Positions 39,161 to 47,655 of a stretch of 64,000 bases of DNA are shown here, piece after piece. The notes under the pieces are model-generated. The model did no database searches. It saw nothing but the letters and a program-made list of their open reading frames with translations, and was not told the origin of the DNA. Numbering within the stretch: the first letter of the stretch is position 1; the number at the start of each line of letters is the position of its first letter. Both the position numbers and the translations under genes were made by a program. The stretch comes from an uncultured Candidatus Saccharibacteria bacterium (GTDB lineage Bacteria; Patescibacteriota; Minisyncoccia; Minisyncoccales; CAYUYO01): positions 36,720 through 100,719 of the forward strand of contig CAYUYO010000001.1 in the NCBI GenBank assembly GCA_964449385.1, read 5' to 3'.

Positions 39161-40942
39161 TTAATCTATATAATAAACAAAAATCGAATGGCCGATTTGA
39201 GCTACCGGCGTATATTTATTGAGCCAGCAATAATAATCAGAAGGTTGATCAAATCCTTTAGACGGTTCTGCCCTACCTCCTTGTAAAAGAGTTGCTGAAA
39301 CCGCTATATAACTACCCTTCGGAAGTTCTTCAGGGTTTCTGGTACCCCACCACGGAGCATATTTTTCTTTTAGATAATATTCAACATCTCCTCCGCCAAA
39401 ATAATTAACATATATCTTATTGATTTCTTTTTCATCTACCCATTTTTTAAGCCGTTTCAAATCCTGACCCCAGTCCAGATTAGAATCAACTGCATAAATA
39501 TAGGTTTTATCAGGGCCTCCGGTTAATTCATTGGAATAGGAAAGAAAATGAGGAAAACAACTAATGGAAGAAATCATATACCAACCCAATAAAACTGAAA
39601 CAAAAGAAATTGCTATTTTCTTTAAGGATATTTTTTTTATATTCTCAATCCATTTAACAATTCCCGTTGAAACTAAAATAAAGGTAAAAGGAAAAATCGG
39701 CAATAAATGACGAACCCCGATATTAAGATCAGAGGTTAAAGAAGTTAGCCAATAAATTCCAATAAAAGTAAGCATGGCAAATTCGGAAAAATGATTTTTT
39801 ATCCAGTCTTTAATTCTTCTATTAGTTTCCTGCCAAAACGGTTTTTTTATCAACCAAGCTGCATATAAGAGCGTAATTAAGGTTAAAATATGAAAAGCTA
39901 AAGGAATTTTTATTGAATAGATTACGGGAAAATAATTTTTCCTGCCGGAAGCTGAGATTTCGCCTAAGAAATAAGTGGTATTGCCGGTAGCGCTTCTGTT
40001 TGTAGCCATCAATAGTCCAAAAAAATATTGAGAGAAAGGCCTTAAAACAGATTTTTGAGCCATCCAGACATCAAGATTAATTAACGGTTCGGGAATGGAA
40101 CTGTTTAAAAGAAGAGATTGAGTATCTTGAAGTTGTTTTTCAGCAGAAAGGTTTGATATATGAAACTGATAGACCGGCCAGACAACAAAAACCATACCAA
40201 TTATTCCCACCAATAATCCAAGTCCTATATATTTTAAAAATCTATATTTTTGTTTTTCAGCTTTTAACCAAGCATAAAACAAAGTAATAATTGCAAAAAA
40301 TGGAACCAGTAGAACCAAAGAAAACTTCAAAAGCATTACAAATCCGAATATTAGTCCGGCTATAAAAACATTTTTTTTTGTTGGATTTTTTAAAAATTTT
40401 AGCCAGAAAAAAGTAGCTAAAACTACTCCCAAAGCAGCACCAACATCAGTAGTAACCAGCCTTCCGTGGGCTAAGAAAGTAGGAGAAAAAGAAAATAAAA
40501 ATAAAGCAAATAGGGCTGTTTTATTTCCAAAAAGTTTTCTTGTCCAATAGAATAAAAACCATCCAAAAAACAGCAAAAGTAAAATCATCGGAATACGGGA
40601 ATAAAGAGCAATTTGGTCAGGATCATTGTCAGAATGGTATAGAAACTGGAAGCCGAGATCAAATTGTTCCCACCAGTTAGCAGGAGTTAGTTCGGTCCAA
40701 ACAGGAAGGTCTTTTGGAAAATTAAGATTTAAAAATAAAAGCGGGGAGGCGGCTAGGTCCTTTATTATTGGAGGATGTTCTGGATTTACTCTATAATCCT
40801 TTTGAGTTAAATAAGAATAACCTGCTACGATATGAGCTGTTTCGTCAAAAGTAAGACTATCATTAAGAACACTAAAAATAGCAAGAAAAAACATTATTAT
40901 TAATAATGCTCCTGCAATAACGCAAGTAAAACGATTAAACAT
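39161..40942 (-). CDS. GT-C (PMT/ArnT-like) membrane glycosyltransferase
   Basis: TFDETAH, EHPP, VTTD, multiple TM helices, DSNLDWGQ. Confidence 0.85.
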   Translation of the reverse strand: MFNRFTCVIAGALLIIMFFLAIFSVLNDSLTFDETAHIVAGYSYLTQKDYRVNPEHPPIIKDLAASPLLFLNLNFPKDLPVWTELTPANWWEQFDLGFQFLYHSDNDPDQIALYSRIPMILLLLFFGWFLFYWTRKLFGNKTALFALFLFSFSPTFLAHGRLVTTDVGAALGVVLATFFWLKFLKNPTKKNVFIAGLIFGFVMLLKFSLVLLVPFFAIITLFYAWLKAEKQKYRFLKYIGLGLLVGIIGMVFVVWPVYQFHISNLSAEKQLQDTQSLLLNSSIPEPLINLDVWMAQKSVLRPFSQYFFGLLMATNRSATGNTTYFLGEISASGRKNYFPVIYSIKIPLAFHILTLITLLYAAWLIKKPFWQETNRRIKDWIKNHFSEFAMLTFIGIYWLTSLTSDLNIGVRHLLPIFPFTFILVSTGIVKWIENIKKISLKKIAISFVSVLLGWYMISSISCFPHFLSYSNELTGGPDKTYIYAVDSNLDWGQDLKRLKKWVDEKEINKIYVNYFGGGDVEYYLKEKYAPWWGTRNPEELPKGSYIAVSATLLQGGRAEPSKGFDQPSDYYCWLNKYTPVAQIGHSIFVYYID

Positions 40943-40965
40943 ATTGTTTTATTATTATCTGAATT

Positions 40966-41391
40966 TTACTTGTTTTTTTTCTTATTAAGTAGCACTACAC
41001 TGCCGATCACACCAATAAGAAAACCCAAAGGACAAACAAAAATGGCAATAATAAAAAATCCTACATTAATAGCCTCAACTAAATAGTTTAATATGATGAT
41101 TTGATTAGTTATTGTACCCAAGGCATAAAAGGCATTGTGCAGAAAAACGCTTAGAAAAAATCCTCCAGCCGAAGCTCCTGTTAACATCAAAAACTTTTTA
41201 AGTATTCCTTCAACTTTTTCCCTTAAAGTTAAAACTATCAAGATTATGCCTAATAAAGAAAAAATAATAAAAGGTAATAAAAAAAGAATAGATCCTATAA
41301 ATAATTCATTTACCAATGGAATAAAAAACTCACTCATTATCACAAGAAAAGTTCCCACTAGCGCCCAAAATGTTATCGTTAATTTCTTCAT
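40966..41391 (-). CDS. Hypothetical 4-TM membrane protein
   Basis: Hydrophobic helices, VFLHNAFYAL. Confidence 0.65.
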   Translation of the reverse strand: MKKLTITFWALVGTFLVIMSEFFIPLVNELFIGSILFLLPFIIFSLLGIILIVLTLREKVEGILKKFLMLTGASAGGFFLSVFLHNAFYALGTITNQIIILNYLVEAINVGFFIIAIFVCPLGFLIGVIGSVVLLNKKKNK

Positions 41392-41437
41392 TATTTTATT
41401 ATAGCATATTCTATTAAAAATCTCCCAACTGGATATG

Positions 41438-41460
41438 AAAAAAAGCCCGATAACGGGCTT
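41438..41460 (-). terminator. Intrinsic terminator after csp
   Basis: AAGCCCG-ttat-CGGGCTTTTTTT on minus strand. Confidence 0.8.
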
Positions 41461-41487
41461 AATTTCATTGATTTGATAAATTAATTC

Positions 41488-41685
41488 TTAAAGACGGGTT
41501 ACGTTTGTTGCGTTAGGGCCTTTTGGAGAATCAGTTTTCTCGAAAGACACTCTATCACCTACTTTTAATTCTTCGTAGGTTACGTCTTTAAGTTCGTTGC
41601 TGTGAAAAAATAAATCTTTTTCTTCACCATCAACGGTAATAAATCCAAATCCTTTATCTGTAAGGTTTTTAATTGTTCCTTCCAT
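41488..41685 (-). CDS. Cold-shock protein
   Basis: KGFGFI, DLFFH, KGPNA.NV. Confidence 0.95.
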   Translation of the reverse strand: MEGTIKNLTDKGFGFITVDGEEKDLFFHSNELKDVTYEELKVGDRVSFEKTDSPKGPNATNVTRL

Positions 41686-41851
41686 GATTGTGATATAAAT
41701 TAATTAATGTTTAATGTTTTAAGGTTTTATCCTAAAGTTTAGTTTCCCAAATGAACTCGACCAATTTTTCACTAGGCAAAGAAGATAAATCTTCTTTTTC
41801 ACCTTTCGCTCGCTTTCGCTTGCTCAGGTAGACAACTATCTTACATAAACA

Positions 41852-41880
41852 AGATTAACATACAAAAAATAATCTGTCAA
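41852..41880 (-). promoter_or_regulatory. csp promoter giving a ~160-nt 5' UTR
   Basis: TTGACA-17-TAATCT. Confidence 0.6.
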
Positions 41881-41902
41881 CTGAAAAACCGTTTTCTTGA
41901 TA

Positions 41903-42691
41903 TTATTTATCTTCACCTTCTTTGCTTTTATTTTCTTCTTGCTGTTTCTTGCCAAACCTTTCAAAGGCTCTTAAAATTTCTAGAGGCACGGCAAAAATAA
42001 TAGTATTTGATTTATCAGAACTTATATCATTGATTGATTGAAGAGTTCTTAAATGAAGAGCTCCCCTGGATTCTGATAAGGTTTGGGCAGCTTTTGCAAG
42101 ATTATTAGCAGCAATAACTTCTCCTTCAGCCTTAATAATTATTGCTCTTTTTTCTCTTTCCGCTTCAGCTTGCTTTCCGATTACCCTTTTCATTTCTTCC
42201 GGCAAAGTTATATCTTTTAATTCAACGTTAATAACTTCAATCCCCCAAGGATCGGTAGCTTTATCAATAATACTTCTTATGTTTTCTGAAACTCTGTCTC
42301 TTTGAGAAAGAAGCCCGTCTAAATCAACCTGGCCTACGGCATTTCGCATTGTTGTTTGGGCTAACTGAGAAATGGCATAGTAAAAATTTTCTACTTCCAA
42401 AACTACCTTATCAGCCTCTCGAACTTTGTAATAAATAACTGCATTAACACTAACCGAGATATTGTCTTTAGTAATCGCTTCTTGATTTGGCACATCTACT
42501 GCCTTTACTCTTAAATCTATATTGCGGTAAAACTGAATAATTGGAAAAACTAATCTCCATCCGGGGTTCATTAAACCAACATACTTCCCCAGCGTAAATT
42601 TAACTCCTTTTTGATACTGATTAATCTGTTTGATAGAAATTAAAATTATAAAAACAATTATTGTTAAAATTGTCCAAAATGTACCTGGCAT
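41903..42691 (-). CDS. SPFH/band 7 (slipin) protein
   Basis: ITKDN, AQTTMRN, WGIEV, QAEAERE, LRTLQ. Confidence 0.92.
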   Translation of the reverse strand: MPGTFWTILTIIVFIILISIKQINQYQKGVKFTLGKYVGLMNPGWRLVFPIIQFYRNIDLRVKAVDVPNQEAITKDNISVSVNAVIYYKVREADKVVLEVENFYYAISQLAQTTMRNAVGQVDLDGLLSQRDRVSENIRSIIDKATDPWGIEVINVELKDITLPEEMKRVIGKQAEAEREKRAIIIKAEGEVIAANNLAKAAQTLSESRGALHLRTLQSINDISSDKSNTIIFAVPLEILRAFERFGKKQQEENKSKEGEDK

Positions 42692-42769
42692 ATTTTTATT
42701 AATGATTAATAACTAATATTTTCGACTTTTCTTAATCTTACTATAATAAAAATCAAACACAAAAAATTC

Positions 42770-43564
42770 TTATCTTCCCCATTTAAACAAATTTTTAATC
42801 CAGCCGAATAATCCATTGGTGCTTTTCTCTTTGTCTGTTAATTGCTGAAGTCTTTCTTGTTCCTGTTCCATATTCTGAACCTGTTCTTGTATCGTTGTTT
42901 TAATTTCTTCGCCGCAGGTGCATTCTTCTTTCAACTGCTTAAGTTCTTGGATTTTCTGCTGGTTCTGATTTAATTCCTGTTCTATATCTTCAGCAGCGTT
43001 TTTTTCTCCACCCATAAAAAATCTGACAAACGCATTCCTTTCCTGTATTTTTTCCTCAGCTGTTATTGTTGCTTGAACAGAATTGTTGAATTCGCGAGCA
43101 ATTTGAGAAATTTTAGAACCAATGCCCGTCGCTAAATCCTCTAAAGAAAGCAAGACATGTACAGCTTCTCTAACTTTATTTTGATTCTGATACACTTTTT
43201 GCTGAACATTGCTTAATTCCTGCATCTCTTGGGTCATTTCCTGTTTCTTTTGCTGAATCATTTCTTTTACTTCATTCATAGTACGAGCCTTTTGTAGATT
43301 TTCCAAGATAAAGTTTTGCTGGCTAGAATCTTCTTCTTGTTCCTCTTCCCTGGTTTGTGTTTGCTGTTCTGTCTGTATCTGTTGATCTTCACCTTGATTT
43401 TGAGTTTGCTGCTCTGTTTGTGTCTGTTGATTCTGACTTATTTCTTGACCTTTTTTAGAATTTTCTACTATTGTATCAGTATCCTGAGCTACTTTTAGAT
43501 CAGCAGCAACTATCACTGATCCAAATAAAGCAAAAACTAAAAGCGGAATAATTATTTTTTTCAT
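42770..43564 (-). CDS. Secreted Gln-rich coiled-coil protein
   Basis: Signal peptide, EQQTQ repeats, GIGSKISQIAREFNNS, GLFGW. Confidence 0.7.
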   Translation of the reverse strand: MKKIIIPLLVFALFGSVIVAADLKVAQDTDTIVENSKKGQEISQNQQTQTEQQTQNQGEDQQIQTEQQTQTREEEQEEDSSQQNFILENLQKARTMNEVKEMIQQKKQEMTQEMQELSNVQQKVYQNQNKVREAVHVLLSLEDLATGIGSKISQIAREFNNSVQATITAEEKIQERNAFVRFFMGGEKNAAEDIEQELNQNQQKIQELKQLKEECTCGEEIKTTIQEQVQNMEQEQERLQQLTDKEKSTNGLFGWIKNLFKWGR

Positions 43565-43678
43565 ATATATATAAATTTAAAAATTATTAGTCTCGACTTT
43601 TTTTATTTTATCATTTCAGAGACTCAAAGTAAATAAAAAAACCGTCTTCTTGACGATTTTTTTATTAAAGATTTCTAA

Positions 43679-43906
43679 CTACTCCGTAGGAAGATAAGGA
43701 GCACACATCTCCTGAAGATTAACCAGTGCTTCTTGAAATTGGGTGGCTTGAACCATACATGTCTCTAAACCAGCTCCGCATTCTTGTAATTTTGTTCCTA
43801 AGTCCGTTGCCACAGTCTTACATTTTGTTACTCCAGAATATAAATAACCAGCCAAAGCAATTAACACTATAATTAAAACAATTACTCCAATATTTTTTTT
43901 ATTCAT
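43679..43906 (-). CDS. Small membrane-anchored Cys-containing coiled-coil protein
   Basis: N-terminal TM helix, 4 Cys in a heptad-like helix. Confidence 0.6.
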   Translation of the reverse strand: MNKKNIGVIVLIIVLIALAGYLYSGVTKCKTVATDLGTKLQECGAGLETCMVQATQFQEALVNLQEMCAPYLPTE

Positions 43907-44193
43907 TTTCAATTTCGCTTTTGATATAACTAAAACATAGTCGACCTTTTATTTTTTTATTCTACCAAATAATCGCCTTATTGGCGATTTTTTAATACTT
44001 CTCGGTCGCTTGAACCAAGCACTAGCCTGCTCCGGCGGTAGGACGATATTAGAACCTGTTTAATAAAAACTTAAATAAAAAAATCAACTCTCTCAAGTTA
44101 ATTTTTCCCTTTCAGAAACTTCCAAATGTTTTTTGAAAATCTTTGAAAGGGAGGGATGGATGAAGTGTTGGAAGTTCCATCCCTTTTCCAGAC

Positions 44194-44676
44194 CTACCTG
44201 GCTATCGCATTGCCAGGATCATGCGGTCCGTTAGGTTTTTCCTCCTTCTTCTTTTTCTCGGCGGGCGGAGGCGGATCAATCTGTTCAAGATCCTCCTCGT
44301 CGAACTCTTGAACATCAGGAATCTCCCCTTTTCCGTTCATCCACGGCTGAACCCCATACCGGTCGCCTGTGTGCATCTGTTTAACACGTAGCACAGCGAT
44401 ACCTGTCAAACCGGTAAGACGATCTCTCACCTTGACGCCGAGCTTGAAGGCATTAGAGGTTTTGCCTGTCAAGGGCGGGTCTTCTTTGGATGGGGAGATG
44501 ATTTCAAGATTTGGCCCAGCCAAGACCTTGCCGTTGGGTAACTGTCCCTCTTTATCCGCCACGGGTTGAACCGCGTAACGGATACAGTTGTTCATGTGTT
44601 CCACGCGATAAACTGTAACTCCCTCAAAGCCAGTAACCTTATCGCGTACCAAACACCCAAATGGAATAAAATTCAC
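44194..44676 (-). CDS. GC-rich hypothetical protein with two tandem phage-like beta-barrel repeats
   Basis: G..VRDKVTGFEG..RYAVQP repeated as G.KVRDRLTGLTG..RYGVQP; AGGAGG SD before GTG. Confidence 0.75.
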   Translation of the reverse strand: MNFIPFGCLVRDKVTGFEGVTVYRVEHMNNCIRYAVQPVADKEGQLPNGKVLAGPNLEIISPSKEDPPLTGKTSNAFKLGVKVRDRLTGLTGIAVLRVKQMHTGDRYGVQPWMNGKGEIPDVQEFDEEDLEQIDPPPPAEKKKKEEKPNGPHDPGNAIAR

Positions 44677-45014
44677 GGTTTCCTCCTTTTCTGTATGCTG
44701 TTCTCTTCGCTGATTCTCACAGTCGAAGTGCCTTCATATTTTTCTATACTTCACCTCCTAATTTTCTAATAACATATTATATAAAAAAGTCAAGCCCTGA
44801 TGGCTTGAAATTTGCTCCCCAGTTCAAAGCTTATTATAACTTTGGAGGATTGGAATTATATGAGAATGTTGAAAGAAAAATTGATGGAAATAAAAAATCT
44901 TGATTACGAGATGGTACAATATTAGAACTTGGTTTACAAGTAATTTTCCAAATCAACCACTAAATTTTCACTTTTCTGCAAAAGAATTAAAACTTCTTTA
45001 ACTAATTAAAAAAA

Positions 45015-45848
45015 TTAATTAATATTCTGTAATTGTACTTTGACGTATGGCGCTAGGGCAGCGTCCCAGAATTCAAACATCTTTTCATATTCATATTGAC
45101 AGTGCGTTGCCCGTTCTTGGGGCAGACCGTAAGTTCCTACAAAATAATTAAATTTTTGCGGATTGCTGCCGTAAACCCAACATAGAATATTATAATAGCG
45201 CTGTTGGTTCAAAGGATGTTCGTCCCAAAAGGGAGAACCCTCGCCTACCTGCGAGCTTGTAATATAAAAGAAATTTGCTCCGGTAATCGCAGCCTTTGGT
45301 CCGTCTTCGCCCAAACCCGTTAAAATTACGGAGGACAGCTGGTCAGCCACATCTTCCTCTTTCCCGGAATAAGTTAAATTATAGACATTTATAAGACCGT
45401 GCCCTAATTCATGAAAAAAAACAAAATAAGTGGCGCCGCTTACAGCCATATCTACTTCCTCTTTTGTGTTAACAATGTATGAAAAATTTTGAGCAAAACT
45501 TTCCAACAGTTCATCGCAGATGACTATTTCTTTCCCTTGCGAATCATAATAAGCATTAACGAACCCGCATTCCTTTAAAATAATCGGAAAATCCTGCGGC
45601 AATATGAACACTTCATTCAAAAAAACAGCCAAATTTTCAAAGGAATCGGAATTTTTAATAAGTTCATTGTATTGGGTATATTTGGGATTCTGCGTTTCGC
45701 CGTAGACAATTTTAAAATCCCCCCTATCTTCAAAGGCGAGTTTTTTGGATGAGCTAAGCTGGCCGTTTTGTTCTTCAGTTCCTATATAATAAAAAAGTCC
45801 AACCACAAGAATTACAATTGACAAAATAATACCTTTCTTTTTGCTCAT
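45015..45848 (-). CDS. DUF4344-type putative metallopeptidase
   Basis: ECGFVNAYYD, HELGH, EEDVADQ, DEHPL..QRYYN..CWVYG. Confidence 0.82.
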   Translation of the reverse strand: MSKKKGIILSIVILVVGLFYYIGTEEQNGQLSSSKKLAFEDRGDFKIVYGETQNPKYTQYNELIKNSDSFENLAVFLNEVFILPQDFPIILKECGFVNAYYDSQGKEIVICDELLESFAQNFSYIVNTKEEVDMAVSGATYFVFFHELGHGLINVYNLTYSGKEEDVADQLSSVILTGLGEDGPKAAITGANFFYITSSQVGEGSPFWDEHPLNQQRYYNILCWVYGSNPQKFNYFVGTYGLPQERATHCQYEYEKMFEFWDAALAPYVKVQLQNIN

Positions 45849-45925
45849 ATTGCTATATTTTACTGCGTCTATGGGTAAATAACAAGATTATAAAACCAAA
45901 AACGCCTGATTGGCGATTCTAATTT

Positions 45926-46102
45926 TCAGCAATAAATATGCACGGCTATATACATTGCCAGCATTCCCAACAAAAAGCCGCTGAATAATAATTCAAAGCT
46001 TTCTAACTTTATTTCTCCTCCCACGGACCACGCAATATAGTTTATAAGCACAAGGGCGATAATAACGCCGATTACATATACATACAGAGGATATTTTTTC
46101 AT
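45926..46102 (-). CDS. Small 2-TM membrane protein (not in ORF track)
   Basis: Manual translation MKKYPLYVYVIGVIIALVLINYIAWSVGGEIKLESFELLFSGFLLGMLAMYIAVHIYC. Confidence 0.6.
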   Translation of the reverse strand: MKKYPLYVYVIGVIIALVLINYIAWSVGGEIKLESFELLFSGFLLGMLAMYIAVHIYC

Positions 46103-46154
46103 AACTTCAGTATAGCAATTTTTACCTCACCCTGCTGCCCACTATTTGTTAAAC

Positions 46155-46180
46155 AAAAACCGCCCCTTGGGCGACTTTTT
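46155..46180. terminator. Hairpin terminator downstream of tRNA-Asn
   Basis: AAAAACCGCCC-ctt-GGGCGACTTTTT. Confidence 0.65.
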
Positions 46181-46322
46181 ACTTTCTGAAAATTAATGGC
46201 GAGTTCGAGACCCATCTCCAGTCGTAACGGGAATAGGAATTTAGAACCTGTCCCATCGCCATTTTATGCTTAAAATATGGACTGGAATGGGACGGAAACG
46301 GGTCAGTCTCACAAAAAACGTC

Positions 46323-46397
46323 TGGCTCTGCGGGTAGGATTCGAACCTACAACCTAGTGCTTAACAGGCACCCGCGCTACCATTGCGCCACCGCAGA
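46323..46397 (-). tRNA. tRNA-Asn(GTT)
   Basis: TCTGCGG/CCGCAGA acceptor, GGTGC-CTGTTAA-GCACT anticodon arm, TTCGAAT, CCA. Confidence 0.94.
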
Positions 46398-46419
46398 ATA
46401 CATTAACTATATACTATTT

Positions 46420-47655
46420 TCAATATCCTTTCAATTTTTTAAGGGAGCGATGTTCTCTGACACGCTCTAATGCTTTAGCTTCAATCTGACGAATTCTCTC
46501 CCTGGTAACTCCGAATACCTGGCCAACCTCTTCTAAAGTATGAGTAACACCATCGTCTAATCCAAATCTCATTTCTAAAATTTTTTGTTCTCGAGGAGTT
46601 AAATCAATTAAAATTTCTTCTAGTCTTTCTCTTAATAAAGTTCTGGCCGCTGTTTTTGACGGAGACGGAACTTTTTCATCTTCAATAAATTCCGACAAAA
46701 CACTGTCTTCTTCATTATCTCCAACCGGCGTTTCCAGAGAAATAGTTTCTTGAGAGATTTTCATAATATGGCGTACTTTATCCACTTCAATTCCCATTTC
46801 AGAAGCAATTTCTTCCGGTAAGGGATCCCTGCCCAAACCCTGTAAAAGTCTTCTCCTTGCTTGGGTATATTTGGAGATAGTTTCCACCATATGAACCGGT
46901 ATTCTAATAGTTCTTGCCTGGTCAGCCAAAGCCCTGGTGATCGCCTGTCTTATCCACCAAGTAGCATAGGTTGAAAATTTATATCCCCTTCTCCAATCAA
47001 ATTTCACTACTGCTCGGAATAATCCTAAATTTCCTTCTTGAATTAAATCAAGCAAGGTTAAATTTGGGCTGCGACCAATATATCTTTTAGCAATAGAAAC
47101 AACTAATCTTAAATTAGCTTTGGCAAGTTTTTTCTTTGCATCTTCGTCCCCTTTTTCAATTCGTTTAGATAACTCTTTTTCCCCTTCTGCAGTCAAAAAA
47201 GAATAAGAACCAATTTCTTTTAAATACATTTGAATCGGGTCAATTTTTGATGCCAAACGTTTTTTAGCTGGTTTAGAAGCATCTAAATCTAGAAATTCCT
47301 TGACTTCTTTCACTTCAATTCCTTTTTTTTCTAATTCATCATATAATTTCTCTAATCCATTAATATCCTTTTCCATTTCAGGGAAAGAGGTTAAAATTTC
47401 CGAAGACGTAATAAAACCACGCTGTCTTCCTTTTTCCATTAATTGCTGAATTTTCTCTTCGGTGAAAATCTTTTTAGATCTGCTAGATACAGTTTTTGCT
47501 TTCTTTTTTGTTTTCTTGATTGCTTTCTTAACTACTTTCTTGGTTATTTTTTTGGTAATCTTCTTAACTGTTTTCTTAGTTGCCTTCTTGACTACTTTTT
47601 TAACTGCTTTTTTGGTCGTTTTCTTTTTTATTTTTTTTGTTTTTTTCTTTTTCAT
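46420..47655 (-). CDS. rpoD: RNA polymerase primary sigma factor with Lys-rich N-terminal repeats
   Basis: [57 protein letters not shown]. Confidence 0.96.
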   Translation of the reverse strand: MKKKKTKKIKKKTTKKAVKKVVKKATKKTVKKITKKITKKVVKKAIKKTKKKAKTVSSRSKKIFTEEKIQQLMEKGRQRGFITSSEILTSFPEMEKDINGLEKLYDELEKKGIEVKEVKEFLDLDASKPAKKRLASKIDPIQMYLKEIGSYSFLTAEGEKELSKRIEKGDEDAKKKLAKANLRLVVSIAKRYIGRSPNLTLLDLIQEGNLGLFRAVVKFDWRRGYKFSTYATWWIRQAITRALADQARTIRIPVHMVETISKYTQARRRLLQGLGRDPLPEEIASEMGIEVDKVRHIMKISQETISLETPVGDNEEDSVLSEFIEDEKVPSPSKTAARTLLRERLEEILIDLTPREQKILEMRFGLDDGVTHTLEEVGQVFGVTRERIRQIEAKALERVREHRSLKKLKGY

